Positions 30,105-39,651 are shown, counted from the first letter of the stretch. The stretch is DNA of 60,450 nt from Actinomycetota bacterium (GCA_026392275.1 JAPLCM010000093.1:1-60450); one strand, 5' to 3'. Notes: a model not told the origin generated them from the sequence alone. Made by a program: numbers and translations.

Positions 30105-30190
30105 GGGTATCCCCACGTCGTTGCGCGAACGCCCCGATTCTATCGCGCCCGACGGGCGCGGGGCGGGGACGTCAATGCCGGGGCGCCGGG

Positions 30191-30280
30191 GAGTCGGCCG
30201 CACGGCGGACCCGCCGGGCCGAGCGGGCCGCATGGCGGATCTGCAGGGCAGAGCCGGCCGCACGGCGGATCGCACGCCGA
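30191..30280. repeat. Three tandem 30-bp direct repeats in a divergent intergenic region
   Basis: Units begin at 30191, 30221 and 30251. The 21-nt core gag-NN-ggccgca(c/t)ggcgga(c/t)c-c is conserved and the remaining ~9 nt vary. Each core contains the small inverted repeat ccgc-N3-gcgg. Confidence 0.85.
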
Positions 30281-30353
30281 ACGCGCCGCTGCCGTCGCGC
30301 GTCACCCTGCTTTGACGTCGACGGGTGCGACGGCGCCCGGGAAGGGAGCGCCG

Positions 30354-30767
30354 ATGAGACACACGGGTTCGGCGCTTGCGGCTGCGGTCGCTCTCGTGGC
30401 GCTGTCGCTCGTCGCCGTCGGGGCGTGTGGGGGGGACGGCGGCGGCCGGGGCGGCGGTGGGACGCCGCCGCCTGCCGCCGCCGCCGACATCACGGGCCGA
30501 CTCTCGCAGTTCTCGGCGGTCGCCGACGGCACCACTTCATTCCTCGTGGTCGCCGACGCGAACGTTTCCGGCCCCTACGACCGCGCGATGGTGCGCACCA
30601 CGGCCGACACGGTCGTGTGGACGCTGCAGGGTGAAGTCCGGCGCCGCCTGGCCGCGACCGACCTTCGCGACGGCCTCAGGGTCGCCGTGAGGTTCACTGG
30701 GCCGGTGGCCGAGTCTTACCCGGAACAGGCGGTCGCCGCCGGCATCGAGGTGCTGCCGGCTCTCTGA
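30354..30767 (+). CDS. Hypothetical lipoprotein
   Basis: Signal peptide plus lipobox (LSLVAVGAC) followed by a Gly-rich linker. GGGAGCG Shine-Dalgarno-like sequence upstream of ATG 30354. Confidence 0.6.
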   Translation: MRHTGSALAAAVALVALSLVAVGACGGDGGGRGGGGTPPPAAAADITGRLSQFSAVADGTTSFLVVADANVSGPYDRAMVRTTADTVVWTLQGEVRRRLAATDLRDGLRVAVRFTGPVAESYPEQAVAAGIEVLPAL

Positions 30768-30910
30768 GCCTGTGACGCGACTCTGAAGGCGTCACGATGC
30801 CGTCAAGCGGCATCGCGCCTGTATCCCAGACAGATTTGCCTAAGTTCTGGTACGCTGCTGCCGATACAGCTCCTGCGGGGCAGCAGCGGACGACCTTGGC
30901 ACGAGAACTT

Positions 30911-33900
30911 ATGACATCCGGGCTTCTCACCGTGGCCGAGGCCGCGGCCGAGCTGGGCGTGAGCCCAGCCACCGTCCGCCGCGCCTGCGACGCGGGGGTG
31001 CTGACCTGCCGGCGCAGCCCAGGCGGCCATCGGCGCTTCGCGAGGGCCGCCCTGGCGGGCATGACGCGAGACCGTCTGCTGCTTAGCGGTCGCGACAAGG
31101 AGAGCGGCGAGCGCGCGGTCCTCCAGGCGCTCGCCGATCTTGGTGAGGCCGCAAGCCGCTGGCGCGACACTCCCGAACTGCTGCGCGATGTGGCCGGCCT
31201 CATGCTGGCCGCGACCGGCGCGGTCACCTGCGACATCTACAGGCGCGAGGACGAAGGCGTGTTTCGTTGTCTTGTCAGCCTGGATCGCGACGGCCCGGAC
31301 GAGGAGGCCGTCGGTGCCGTGCTGCGCACGACTGTCTGGGCGGTCGTTCGCGAGGCGTTTGCCTCCGGCACCGTCGTGCACGTGGAAGACCGTGACGACT
31401 CGCGTCTTACAGACGAGGACCGGGAAGTGTACGACGAGTACGGTTTCGCCAGCGAGGCGTGCATCCCCCTGCTCGTACAGGACCGGGTCGTCGGTGTGAT
31501 CGAGCTGTACGGGGGCCGGCCGCACGCGTTCGCCGCGGCGCTCGACTACATGCGCGGCGCCGGTCACGTGGTCGCCGGAGCCCTGGAAAAGGCATTGCTG
31601 CTTGCCGCGCTGGAGGATCGCAACCGGGTCCTCAAGGAGCTCTTTGACCTTGCCCAGCTCCTTGCCACGACATACGACGTGGAAGAGCTCCTGCACACCG
31701 TCGCGACGCGTCTCCTTCGGACGGTCCGGGCCGCCTACTGCGAAATCTACCAGAGCGACGGCGAAGGGTATCGCTGTGTCGTCAGCGTCGGTGGTGACGG
31801 ATTCCCGGAGTCCTACGAAGGCCGCTTCCTCGACCTGGCGCACAACCCCACGCGTGCGTCGGCGCTCGCCGGGCAGCGCTCCCTCGTGATCACCGACGTG
31901 GAGGTGTCGGAGCTCACCGCGGGGGAGCGCGATGTGCTGCTTGCACAGGGCGTGCACAGCGAGCTCTGCATCCCCCTCGTGGTCAAGGGCGCCGTGGTCG
32001 GCCTCATCGATCTGTTCGGCGCCCGGCCGCGCGACTGGCAGGAGTGCATCGACTTCACCGCCGGCGTGGGGCAACTCGTCGCCGGCGCCATGGAGAACGC
32101 CGACCTGCTGGGCCACCTCGAGGGGAGCAACCGGGATCTGCGCACGCTCGTGGATGGCGGACTCGAGTTCGGCTCCACGCTCGACGCGGAGCGCGTACTC
32201 CTGTCCATCGCGCGAAGGATGCGCCAAGCGACGAGTGCGGCGGCCTGCGACATCTCCGCCTTGGATGGGGAGTCGCTCCACGCTCTTGTCGGCATCGACG
32301 GCAAGGATGAGGTCATCGAGGACTTCGCCGGACGCGAGTTCGTGGTGGGAGACTACCCCCTCACGGGCCAAGCGCTGAGGAACGGCCGGCCGGTCGTGGT
32401 CGACGACGTCGTCAGCGATGCCCGCGCGAGCTCACTGGAGCGGCGGAGCTGGGAGCGGTCCGGGCTTCGCTCAGGGATCATCGTCCCGCTCATCAACGGC
32501 GCCCAGATCGTGGGCGTGACGGCGCTCTACGACAGCGAGCCGCGCTCCTTTGGGCAGCTGGACCTGCTGCGCGGGCTGAGCCAGGTGGCGGGGCAGGCGA
32601 TCGTCAACGCGCGGCTGTACAGCGAGGTCGGCCGCAGCGCCCAGCGTGCGGCGCTGCTCAACGACGTGAGCGCCGAACTGACGGGGGCGCTCGACACGCG
32701 CCAGCTTCTTCAGACGGTGGCAGAGCGTGTGCGAGCCGTCGCCGACGTGAGTGAGTGCAGCGCCTTCCTGCTCGCCGGCGACGACCGGCTCGAATGCGTG
32801 GCGACGTCGTCGCTGGGCGAATCGGCGGAGTGGGCTCTCCCCGGCGTGTTCGTCGGGCTTGAGCGCTGGCCGGTGACGCGCCTCGTGATCGAGACCCGCC
32901 GGGCGGCGGCCGTCACGTCGCTGGACGACCCGCGCATCGACGCCGGTAGCCGGGCGTGGCTGGCGGCGCACGGCGTCAAGAGCTACCTCGTGGCGCCGCT
33001 GATCGCCAGGGGCATGGTGGCCGGCGCCCTGGAGCTGACTGAGACCCGGCAGGAGCGGGTGTTCTCCGGCGACGAGATCGGCCTCGTCGAGGCCGTGTGC
33101 CGCGTCGCCGGCCTCGCCATGGAGAACGTGCTGCTGATCGGCGACCTCGAGCGCCGCAACCGCGAGGCGGAGCTGCTCAACGAGATCGCCAGGCGCACCA
33201 CGGCCAGCCTCGATCTTGGCGAGATCGCCGAAGCCGCGGTCGCGGGCCTCGGACGTCTCGTCCCCATCGCGAGCTACGGCCTGACGCTTGTGGAGCGCGG
33301 CGAGTTCGCCCAGGCGTACGGGTCGCGGCCTTCCGAGCGTCCGCGCGCGGTGTCGATGGCCGGCGACGCGCTCGGCGACGTGCTCGAGAGGCTGCGCCGC
33401 GAGCGCGTGATCATCCTCGATGGCGCCGACGAAGGTTCCATGCCCGAAGGGCACCCCGCGGCCGCCGGCAGCCTCTCGAGTGCAGCCATCGGGCTATTCG
33501 ACCAGCACATCCTGAGCGGCGTGCTCATGTTGGAGGGCGCCTCCCCCGGGGCGTTCTCGGCGGTCGACGCCGGCGTCCTCGAGCGGGTGGGGGTGCATCT
33601 GTCCCTGGCCGCCAACAACGCGAGGCTCTACCAGGAGATCAAGACTCTGCACCTGAACAACCTGAAGGGGCTCTCCACAGCGCTCAACGCCAAGGACTAC
33701 TACACCTGGGGGCACGCGGCGCGCGTGGCCGCCTACACGGTGCTGCTCGGCGAGCAACTGGGCTGGGAGCCGGAGTGGGCCGAGCAGGTGCGCGAGGCCG
33801 CGTATCTCCACGACATCGGCAAGATCGGCGTCTCCGACAGAGTGCTCGTGAAGCAGGGGCCGCTCAACGCCGAAGAATGGGAGCTCATGCGGCAGCACCC

Positions 33901-35209
33901 GGCGGTGAGCGCCGAGATCATCAAGCCGCTCTTCTCCGCAGATCTCGTGGCCGCAGTGCGACACCATCACGAGCGGTACGACGGCAAGGGGTACCCCGAC
34001 GGACTCGCCGGCGACGACATCCCGGAACTGGCGCGCGCGATGTGCGTCATCGACTCCTACGACGCGATGTCGCTGCAGCGTCCGTATCGCGACGCGCGCA
34101 CCTACGAGGAGTGCCTTGTCGAACTGAAGGCGTGCCGCGGCACGCAGCTCGACCCCGGCTTGACCGACGCGTTCCTGCGCGTGCTGGAACGGCTGACCGG
34201 GCTTCGCGAGGTGGCGCGGCGCGCCGCCGCTGAGGCGGCGGCGCGCATCGATCCCGAGCGTCACGCGACGCTGCGCGACCCCCACGACGAGGCGCGTCCG
34301 GAGTACGCCAGGATCAAGAAGGTACTTCGGGAAACGCGCGACGCGTACCCCGAAGTGCGCTTCATGACCACGTCGGCGAACAGGGACGGGCGCACGGTGA
34401 TCGTGGTCGACGCCGAGGAAGCGGACGCACCCGAGCGCTCACCTCTTGGTGAAGAGGTGGTCGCCGACGACGCTATCGCCCAGGTGCTCTCCGGGCGCGA
34501 GATCGCCTCCAACGTGCTCTTCGTCGACAATTTCGGGGTGTGGGTCAATGGACTGGCGCCGCTGATCGGCGAGGACGGAGAGATCCTCGCGACCGTGGTG
34601 GCCGACGTGCCGGCCCTGAGCTCGAGCGGAGCGCGGAGTTTCGCGCGGATGACCACCGAGACCCCGGTTTCGACGCTGCAGGAGGCGGCCGTCCGCCTCA
34701 GCCGCGCCGAGATCGAGGCCATCACCGACGGTCTGACCGGACTGTACAACCACCGGTATCTTCACGAGCGCTTGACGGAGGAGTTGAGCCGGGCACGCCA
34801 CGAGAGTCACGGCGCGGCGCTCCTCTTCTGCGATCTCGACTTCTTCAAGGATTTCAACGATCGCCTGGGGCACGCCGCCGGCGACACTGCACTGCAGGCC
34901 ACGGCGCGCATCATCGAGAGCTGTACGCGGCGCGCCGACCTGGTCGCACGCTACGGCGGCGAGGAATTCGTCGTGGTGCTCCCCGGGGCGGCCGAAGCGG
35001 AAGCGGTGGAGATCGCCGGGCGCATCCGCACCGCCGTGGCCAAACACCATCACGAGAACGGGGGCTTGACGATCAGCATCGGCGTGGCCACGTATCCCGA
35101 GTCGGCCGCAAGCAAGGAGGGCCTGCTGGAGGCCGCGGACAGGGCGCTCTACGTGGCCAAACGGCTCGGCCGCGATCGCGTCGTGGCCGCCGGCGCCGCC
35201 GCCCGCTGA
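30911..35209 (+). CDS. HTH (excisionase/MerR-type) + 5 GAF + HD-GYP + sensor + GGDEF protein; the intact paralogue
   Basis: N-terminus LLTVAEAAAELGVSPATVRRACDAGVLTCRRSPGGHRRF. Five GAF-type motifs. HD-GYP motifs HDIGKIGVSD and HHERYDGKGYPDGL. An intermediate sensor-like domain (FVDNFGVWVNGLAPLIGEDGEILATVVADVPAL). GGDEF (RYGGEEF) with I-site RRAD. Confidence 0.85.
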   Translation: MTSGLLTVAEAAAELGVSPATVRRACDAGVLTCRRSPGGHRRFARAALAGMTRDRLLLSGRDKESGERAVLQALADLGEAASRWRDTPELLRDVAGLMLAATGAVTCDIYRREDEGVFRCLVSLDRDGPDEEAVGAVLRTTVWAVVREAFASGTVVHVEDRDDSRLTDEDREVYDEYGFASEACIPLLVQDRVVGVIELYGGRPHAFAAALDYMRGAGHVVAGALEKALLLAALEDRNRVLKELFDLAQLLATTYDVEELLHTVATRLLRTVRAAYCEIYQSDGEGYRCVVSVGGDGFPESYEGRFLDLAHNPTRASALAGQRSLVITDVEVSELTAGERDVLLAQGVHSELCIPLVVKGAVVGLIDLFGARPRDWQECIDFTAGVGQLVAGAMENADLLGHLEGSNRDLRTLVDGGLEFGSTLDAERVLLSIARRMRQATSAAACDISALDGESLHALVGIDGKDEVIEDFAGREFVVGDYPLTGQALRNGRPVVVDDVVSDARASSLERRSWERSGLRSGIIVPLINGAQIVGVTALYDSEPRSFGQLDLLRGLSQVAGQAIVNARLYSEVGRSAQRAALLNDVSAELTGALDTRQLLQTVAERVRAVADVSECSAFLLAGDDRLECVATSSLGESAEWALPGVFVGLERWPVTRLVIETRRAAAVTSLDDPRIDAGSRAWLAAHGVKSYLVAPLIARGMVAGALELTETRQERVFSGDEIGLVEAVCRVAGLAMENVLLIGDLERRNREAELLNEIARRTTASLDLGEIAEAAVAGLGRLVPIASYGLTLVERGEFAQAYGSRPSERPRAVSMAGDALGDVLERLRRERVIILDGADEGSMPEGHPAAAGSLSSAAIGLFDQHILSGVLMLEGASPGAFSAVDAGVLERVGVHLSLAANNARLYQEIKTLHLNNLKGLSTALNAKDYYTWGHAARVAAYTVLLGEQLGWEPEWAEQVREAAYLHDIGKIGVSDRVLVKQGPLNAEEWELMRQHPAVSAEIIKPLFSADLVAAVRHHHERYDGKGYPDGLAGDDIPELARAMCVIDSYDAMSLQRPYRDARTYEECLVELKACRGTQLDPGLTDAFLRVLERLTGLREVARRAAAEAAARIDPERHATLRDPHDEARPEYARIKKVLRETRDAYPEVRFMTTSANRDGRTVIVVDAEEADAPERSPLGEEVVADDAIAQVLSGREIASNVLFVDNFGVWVNGLAPLIGEDGEILATVVADVPALSSSGARSFARMTTETPVSTLQEAAVRLSRAEIEAITDGLTGLYNHRYLHERLTEELSRARHESHGAALLFCDLDFFKDFNDRLGHAAGDTALQATARIIESCTRRADLVARYGGEEFVVVLPGAAEAEAVEIAGRIRTAVAKHHHENGGLTISIGVATYPESAASKEGLLEAADRALYVAKRLGRDRVVAAGAAAR

Positions 35210-35225
35210 GCTCTGCCGTTGCGCG

Positions 35226-36326
35226 TCACCCCGTGTGCATGAAGTTGATCACGTCGCCGTCCTGGACGACGTACTCCTTGCCCTCCGTGCGCAGCAGCGC
35301 CTTCTCGCGGGCGGCGTGGAACGAGCGCAGCTCGATGAGGTCGTCGATATTGACGACCTGGGCGCGTACGAACCCGTGCTCGATGTCGCCGTGGATACGA
35401 CCGGCGGCCTGCTTGGCGGTCCACCCGCGAGGCAGCTGCCAGGCGCGCGACTCGCTGCTGCGGAAGTCGCCGGTGAAGAACGTGATGTAACCGAGCACGT
35501 CGTAGGCCGCGCGCAGGAACACGTCGATGGCCCCGGCTTCATCGCCGCCGAGCTCGGCGCGGAATTCGGCGGCGTCCTCGGGCTCCAGATCGGCGAGCTC
35601 GGCTTCGAGGCGCGCGGCGACGGCGACCACGTGGTCGCCCCGGCCGCGCGCCCACTCAACGAACGCGGCGTGGGCGGCGAGCGCCTCGGCCGCGCCCGCG
35701 CCGTCGTCGCTGTTGAGCACGAAGAGGACGGGCCGGTCGCTGACGAGCGCAAGCTCACGGAACAGGGGCGCATCGTCGGGGTGGCGTTCGACGCCACGCG
35801 CCAGCCGGCCCTGCTGGAGGGCGGCCAGCAGGTCGTCGAGCGTCGTCAGTTCGCGCTGGGCCGCCTTGTCGCCGCTGCGCGCCGCCTTGCGCGTCTTGTC
35901 GATGCGGCGCTCGACGAGCTCGAGGTCGCCGAGCACGAGCTCGGTCTCGACGAGATCCACGTCGGCCCTGGGGTCGGGGATCTCGCGCACGTGGGCGACC
36001 TCTGGGCTCGCGAACACGCGGATCACGTGCGCGACGGCGTCGACCCCGCGGATGTCGGCGAGAAAGCGGTTGCCCAGACCTTCGCCGCGGCTGGCGCCCT
36101 CCGCCAGGCCGGCGATATCGACGATATCGATCGTCGCATTGACCTTGCGAGGCGTCTCGAGCACCTCGTCGAGGCGGTCAAGGCGCGGGTCGGGGACGGC
36201 GACCACGCCCACGTTGGATTCGGCCGACGTGTAGGCGTAGGCAGTGGCGGCCGCGTTGGCGTGGGTGAGCGCGTTGAACAGAGTCGTCTTGCCGACGTTG
36301 GGCAGGCCGACGATGCCGAGTTTCAC
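35226..36326 (-). CDS. ychF: Redox-regulated ribosome-binding ATPase YchF
   Basis: VKLGIVGLPNVGKTTLFNALT P-loop. C-terminal TGS-like end GKEYVVQDGDVINFMHTG. GTG 36326 with GGAGAAAC upstream. GTGA overlap with the preceding gene's stop. Confidence 0.9.
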   Translation of the reverse strand: MKLGIVGLPNVGKTTLFNALTHANAAATAYAYTSAESNVGVVAVPDPRLDRLDEVLETPRKVNATIDIVDIAGLAEGASRGEGLGNRFLADIRGVDAVAHVIRVFASPEVAHVREIPDPRADVDLVETELVLGDLELVERRIDKTRKAARSGDKAAQRELTTLDDLLAALQQGRLARGVERHPDDAPLFRELALVSDRPVLFVLNSDDGAGAAEALAAHAAFVEWARGRGDHVVAVAARLEAELADLEPEDAAEFRAELGGDEAGAIDVFLRAAYDVLGYITFFTGDFRSSESRAWQLPRGWTAKQAAGRIHGDIEHGFVRAQVVNIDDLIELRSFHAAREKALLRTEGKEYVVQDGDVINFMHTG

Positions 36327-37333
36327 GGGCGTTTCTCCAGTTTGCTGGTGAGCAGGGTCTCGAGGATACGAGAGAGATCGGCGAGCTGCCTCTTGACGCG
36401 TCCCGGGTAGGTGCGGTTGACGTAGGCCACCGTGTCCTTGCGGCTGTGCCACAGGCGGCCGTCCATACGGGTCGCCGCGAGGCCGGTGTCATCGGCGGTC
36501 CAGTCGGTGGCGGTGAACGCCGCCGTGGCGATGTCCTGAAGCGCGAACGGCTCGTCATCGCTGGGCGCCACGGAGACGCCGGCAGGGCGGCCCTTGGCCG
36601 CCGGGCTGGTGCCCAGCGGGATGCCCAGGCTCTCGGCCGCGGAGAGCGCGTCGTCGCGCAGCCAGGTCGGCCCACCGAAGCGGCTCGTCACCGAGAGCAT
36701 GGTGCCTCCGGCGACGGCGTCGAGATCGATCATCCCGATGGTCGCCGCCCGTTCCAGGTCGTTCATGGTGCGCGCGTAGTAGCGCGAGCCCAGAAGGCCT
36801 TTCTCCTCGGCGCCGAAGGCGACGAACACGATGGTGTACGGCGTGTCCTGCGCCTTGATGCGCGCCGCGGTCTCCAGCAGCATCCCGATCCCCGTGGCGT
36901 TGTCTGAGTAGCCCTCGCCGAGGGGCGCCGAGTCGTAGTGGGCGCCGACGATCAGCCGCTCAGCCGATTCCCCCTCCTTGACCGCGATGATGTTGGCGGA
37001 GTGGACGCGCCCGCGCGCGGAGCGCGCAAGGAACTCCTGGGTGCGCGGGAAGTAGCCGTACTGCTGGAACGCGTTGAAGACGAACTCGCGGGCCTCGATC
37101 TCGCCCCAGGTGTCGGCGACTCTCGGGTGCACGCTGGTGGCGAACGTCTTGGCCAGCACGTTTGCCACCGCGCCGTGGGCGGTGGACGACACGGCGGCGG
37201 AGGGGCGACCGGCCTTCTTGGCGGCCTGCTCGCAGCCGCCGAAGGCGCCGGCCGCCGCCAAACCTATGGCGACGACGAGGGCCGCCGCCACCGCGACCGC
37301 GAGCAGGCCTCCGCGTGTGCGCAGCGCCGTCAT
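36323..37333 (-). CDS. M28-family aminopeptidase, lipoprotein
   Basis: Lipobox AFGGC. M28 metal-ligand regions GAHYDSAP, DNATGIGMLLE and AFGAEEKGLLGS. Confidence 0.8.
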   Translation of the reverse strand: MTALRTRGGLLAVAVAAALVVAIGLAAAGAFGGCEQAAKKAGRPSAAVSSTAHGAVANVLAKTFATSVHPRVADTWGEIEAREFVFNAFQQYGYFPRTQEFLARSARGRVHSANIIAVKEGESAERLIVGAHYDSAPLGEGYSDNATGIGMLLETAARIKAQDTPYTIVFVAFGAEEKGLLGSRYYARTMNDLERAATIGMIDLDAVAGGTMLSVTSRFGGPTWLRDDALSAAESLGIPLGTSPAAKGRPAGVSVAPSDDEPFALQDIATAAFTATDWTADDTGLAATRMDGRLWHSRKDTVAYVNRTYPGRVKRQLADLSRILETLLTSKLEKRP

Positions 37334-37334
37334 C

Positions 37335-37910
37335 TCAGAGCGGCGCCGGCACGAGAAGGACCCAGAGGGCGCCGACGACGAGCCCGAACGCCAGCCCGCC
37401 GAGGACGTCGCCGAGATAGTGGACTCCGAGGTACACACGGCTGAAGCAGAGCGCGACGGTGAGCGCGACCAGGGCCGGCAGCGTGGCGGGGTACAAGGTG
37501 CCCACGGTGAGGGTGCCGACCACGGCCATGCTGGCATGCGAGGAAGGGAACGACTTGCTGAAGGGCAGCGGGATCTGCTGCGGCTGGCTCGGGTCGGCGA
37601 TGGGGGGACGCGGCCGGGCCACAAAGTGCTTGATGAGGAAACCCACCGCCTCCACAAGCGTCACCGGCACGGCTACGTACAGGGCCTTCGCCAAGGGTCG
37701 TGGCTCACCGAAGACCCACGGCAGGACTGAGGTGACGTACCAAAGCACGCCGTAGTTTGCCGTCAGCGAGAAGGCGCCGAGAGGCCATGCGAACCAGCGA
37801 GGGTGTGGCCAGCCGGTGGCCGCACGCCGCGAGAGCTCGCGGTCGAGGTGGTCAAGGCGGCCGCCGAGGTTCGGCGGCGCGGTGTCTGTGGAGCGGGGGG
37901 CAGAGGGCAT
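37335..37910 (-). CDS. PAP2-family phosphatase (undecaprenyl-diphosphatase-like)
   Basis: All three PAP2 motifs present: KHFVARPRP, PSSHAS and SRVYLGVHYLGDV. Confidence 0.8.
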   Translation of the reverse strand: MPSAPRSTDTAPPNLGGRLDHLDRELSRRAATGWPHPRWFAWPLGAFSLTANYGVLWYVTSVLPWVFGEPRPLAKALYVAVPVTLVEAVGFLIKHFVARPRPPIADPSQPQQIPLPFSKSFPSSHASMAVVGTLTVGTLYPATLPALVALTVALCFSRVYLGVHYLGDVLGGLAFGLVVGALWVLLVPAPL

Positions 37911-37974
37911 GAGAATAGCCTCTAGTATACTATCCGCCTGTCTCTGCCCACTCCGCCTCGAGGGAACGACCTTC

Positions 37975-38250
37975 ATGCGCACATCGGTCATCGTCACGGC
38001 ACTCGGACCCGACAGCCACGGCCTCCTGGCCGCCGTCGCCACCACGGTGGCCGAACAGAACGCGAACGTCGACGACGTGAGCCAGACCGTCGCCAACGGC
38101 ATGTTCACGATGATCATGTTCGTGTCGTTCGACGAGACGGAGACGACGATGGTCGCGCTCAAGGACGCGCTCGAGACGACCGGCGAGCGCGTCGGCCTGC
38201 AGATCAACGTGCAGCACGAGAACATCTTCAAGTTCATGCACCGCATCTAG
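37975..38250 (+). CDS. ACT-domain protein (UPF0237 family)
   Basis: MRTSVIVTALGPDSHGLLAAVATTVAEQNANVDDVSQTV; about 91 aa. Immediately upstream of a UPF0210 gene, which is the usual pairing. Confidence 0.8.
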   Translation: MRTSVIVTALGPDSHGLLAAVATTVAEQNANVDDVSQTVANGMFTMIMFVSFDETETTMVALKDALETTGERVGLQINVQHENIFKFMHRI

Positions 38251-38277
38251 CGGCGCCCGTCCCTCCAGGAGCCGCCC

Positions 38278-39642
38278 GTGGTCTTCATCACTGAGCACGA
38301 GATCCTCGAGACCGTCACCATGATCCGTTCCGAGAACCTCGACGTGCGCGCCGTCACGATGGGCATCTCGCTTTACGACTGCGCCGGGCGCGACCCGCGC
38401 GAGGTCGCCGAGCGGGTACACGCCAAGATCGTACAGCGCGCCGGCCGGCTGGTCGCCGTGGCCGACGAGATCGAGCACAAGTACGGCATCCCCATCGTGA
38501 ACAAGCGCGTCTCCCTGACGCCGATCGCCCACGTGCTGGGCAGCGACGACCCGGCCGGCTACGTTGAGGTGGCGCACGCGCTCGACGCCGCCGCCGAGGA
38601 GATCGGGATCGATTTCGTGGGCGGCTTCAGCTGCCTGGTGCAGAAGGGCTTCACGCACGCCGACAGCGCCCTTATCGAGGCCATCCCCGAGGCGATCGGC
38701 GGTACGCAGCGCGTGTGCTCATCGGTCAACGTGGCGTCCACGCGCGCCGGCATCAACATGGACGCGGTGGTGCGCATGGCCGACGTCCTCAAGGCGGTCT
38801 CTCAGAAGACCGCCGCGCAGGACTGCATCGGTTGCGCCAAGATCGTCGTGTTCTGCAACGTGCCCGAGGACAACCCGTTCATGGCCGGAGCCATGCACGG
38901 CAGTGGCGAACCGGAGGTCAGCGTCAACGTGGCCATCTCCGGCCCCGGCGTGGTGCGCAACGCCGTCGCAAGCCACCCTGAGGCCTCGCTCATCGAGCTT
39001 GCTGATCTCATCAAGCGCACCACCTTCAAGATCACCCGGGTGGGCGAGCTCGTGGCCCGCGAGGCCTCGCAGATGCTGGGCGCGCAGATGGGCATCATCG
39101 ACCTCTCGCTGGCGCCGACCCCTGTGGTCGGCGACTCCATCGCCGAGATCCTCGAGAGCATGGGACTCGGCCAGGTGGGCGCCCCCGGCACCACGGCCGC
39201 CCTCGCGATGCTCAACGATGCCGTCAAGAAGGGCGGCACAATGGCCACGTCGTCCACCGGCGGCCTTTCGGGCGCCTTCATCCCGGTGAGCGAGGACGCC
39301 GCCATGGCCAAGGCCGCTGCGGACGGCGTGCTGAGCATCGAGAAGCTCGAGGCCATGACCGCGGTATGCTCGCTCGGTCTCGACATGATCGTCGTGCCCG
39401 GCGACATCCCTCGCAACGCCCTCGCCGGCGTGATCGCCGACGTCATGGCGATCGGCATGATCAACTCCAAGACCACGGGCGCGCGGCTCATCCCCGCGTA
39501 TGGCAAGAAGGTCGGCGACTGGGTCACGCTGGGCGGGCTCTTCGGCGAAGCGCCGGTGATGGCCGTGAGCAACGCCGGCAACGACGCATTCATGGCGCGA
39601 GGAGGGCGAATCCCCGCTCCGCTGCAAAGCCTCACCAACTAA
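38278..39642 (+). CDS. UPF0210/PFL-family (DUF711) protein
   Basis: N-terminus ILETVTMIRSENLDVRAVTMGISLYDC and length of 454 aa match the UPF0210 family. Confidence 0.8.
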   Translation: MVFITEHEILETVTMIRSENLDVRAVTMGISLYDCAGRDPREVAERVHAKIVQRAGRLVAVADEIEHKYGIPIVNKRVSLTPIAHVLGSDDPAGYVEVAHALDAAAEEIGIDFVGGFSCLVQKGFTHADSALIEAIPEAIGGTQRVCSSVNVASTRAGINMDAVVRMADVLKAVSQKTAAQDCIGCAKIVVFCNVPEDNPFMAGAMHGSGEPEVSVNVAISGPGVVRNAVASHPEASLIELADLIKRTTFKITRVGELVAREASQMLGAQMGIIDLSLAPTPVVGDSIAEILESMGLGQVGAPGTTAALAMLNDAVKKGGTMATSSTGGLSGAFIPVSEDAAMAKAAADGVLSIEKLEAMTAVCSLGLDMIVVPGDIPRNALAGVIADVMAIGMINSKTTGARLIPAYGKKVGDWVTLGGLFGEAPVMAVSNAGNDAFMARGGRIPAPLQSLTN

Positions 39643-39651
39643 CGAGGCGGC

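Noticed and set aside
30191-30280. CRISPR array
   Set aside because: There are only three units. The conserved part (21 nt) is longer than the variable part (~9 nt), the total period is 30 nt, and there are no cas genes. The geometry is not CRISPR-like.
30105-30362. Extension of the MshD-like ORF to GTG 30362, which would turn the 30-bp repeats into a thrice-repeated 10-aa SA(V/M)RP peptide
   Set aside because: The extension is Arg/Pro-rich and overlaps the start and Shine-Dalgarno of the divergent lipoprotein gene. The GNAT domain is complete from GTG 30104. It remains an alternative only in the repeat finding.
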